Shown: piece by piece, positions 63,401 to 64,000 of the stretch
Numbering within the stretch: position 1 is the first letter of the stretch
How the letters are laid out: each line of letters opens with the position of its first letter
Source of the DNA: Ginglymostoma cirratum
Taxonomy: Eukaryota
Reading direction: 5' to 3'
NCBI GenBank assembly: GCA_024137785.1
Contig: JAHRHZ010000282.1
Location: 62,001 to 126,000, forward strand
Length of the DNA: 64,000 nt
Program-made: the position numbers and the translations under genes
Notes under the pieces: generated by a model
Databases searched by the model: none
The model's input: the letters and a program-made list of their open reading frames with translations, nothing else
Told to the model about the DNA's origin: nothing

Positions 63401-64000
63401 TAGTTCGCCATTGTCCTGCAGGCTTGACATGGATTTCCAGAGCCTGAGAGTTACAAAGTTTGCATTAACAATGACTGTTCCCAGTTTGATCACACGTGGA
63501 AACTTATGTTTAAATTGTTCTGCAGAAATTATCACCTACTGGTAAATTTACTGAACTTGTCTGCAGGCCCCCCCCTAAAGGCTCTCAGGACAGTGGTTCA
63601 AATTCCAAAGGGAAAACAAACACTGGGAATGTCATTGCAGGACAGTCGCATCTGAGAGAGACAATTCGCATACTTCATGTTTCGAATCTGGAGTACTCAG
63701 TTTTTCTTCGTGTTAACACTCCAGATTTAAAAGTTGTAAGGATTTGACACACAATTAACATATTCTAATTGGAAAAATACTGTATCACTGTTCTAGATAT
63801 GCGGAGAAAACTCACTTATTTGCCCCACCAGAGACTCCAGTGAGATCGTTTGTTCTGTGTTGAATTATACCCAGGACATTATAGGACCAGTAGTCTAATC
63901 ACAGATTAAGAATTGGGCTTTAAGACAGAAATGTAGAGAAAGTTTTTTCATTTCTTTCTTCAGGATAGTGAACTTTTCGAGATCTTGTCTGCAGTGAGCT

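Overview
Eukaryotic, cartilaginous-fish (shark-like) genomic DNA from the variable-segment region of the T-cell receptor alpha/delta locus. The assignment rests on TRAV/TRDV-type V exons with RSSs, a NAR-TCR cassette and shark-type SINEs. By manual translation I find eight conventional TCR V segments on both strands, only one fully intact (788-1628, +). There is also a complete but pseudogenised NAR-TCR cassette on the minus strand: leader, IgNAR-like V, D, J and a leaderless supporting Vdelta (37525->33058). Interleaved with the V segments are three paralogous two-exon GPR139/GPR142-like class A GPCR loci: one intact (50850-60456, 323 aa), one pseudogene, and one intact first exon with no adjacent second exon. 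Each lies 3-5 kb 3' of a co-oriented V segment. A four-unit tandem array of RSS-like sequences follows the supporting V. The rest is CR1 LINEs, a decayed Gmr1-type Gypsy LTR element, SINEs and other repeats. No constant-region exons or conventional TCR J segments were recognised. Many V relics are missing from the ORF track; their coordinates were read by eye, and repeat boundaries are approximate.
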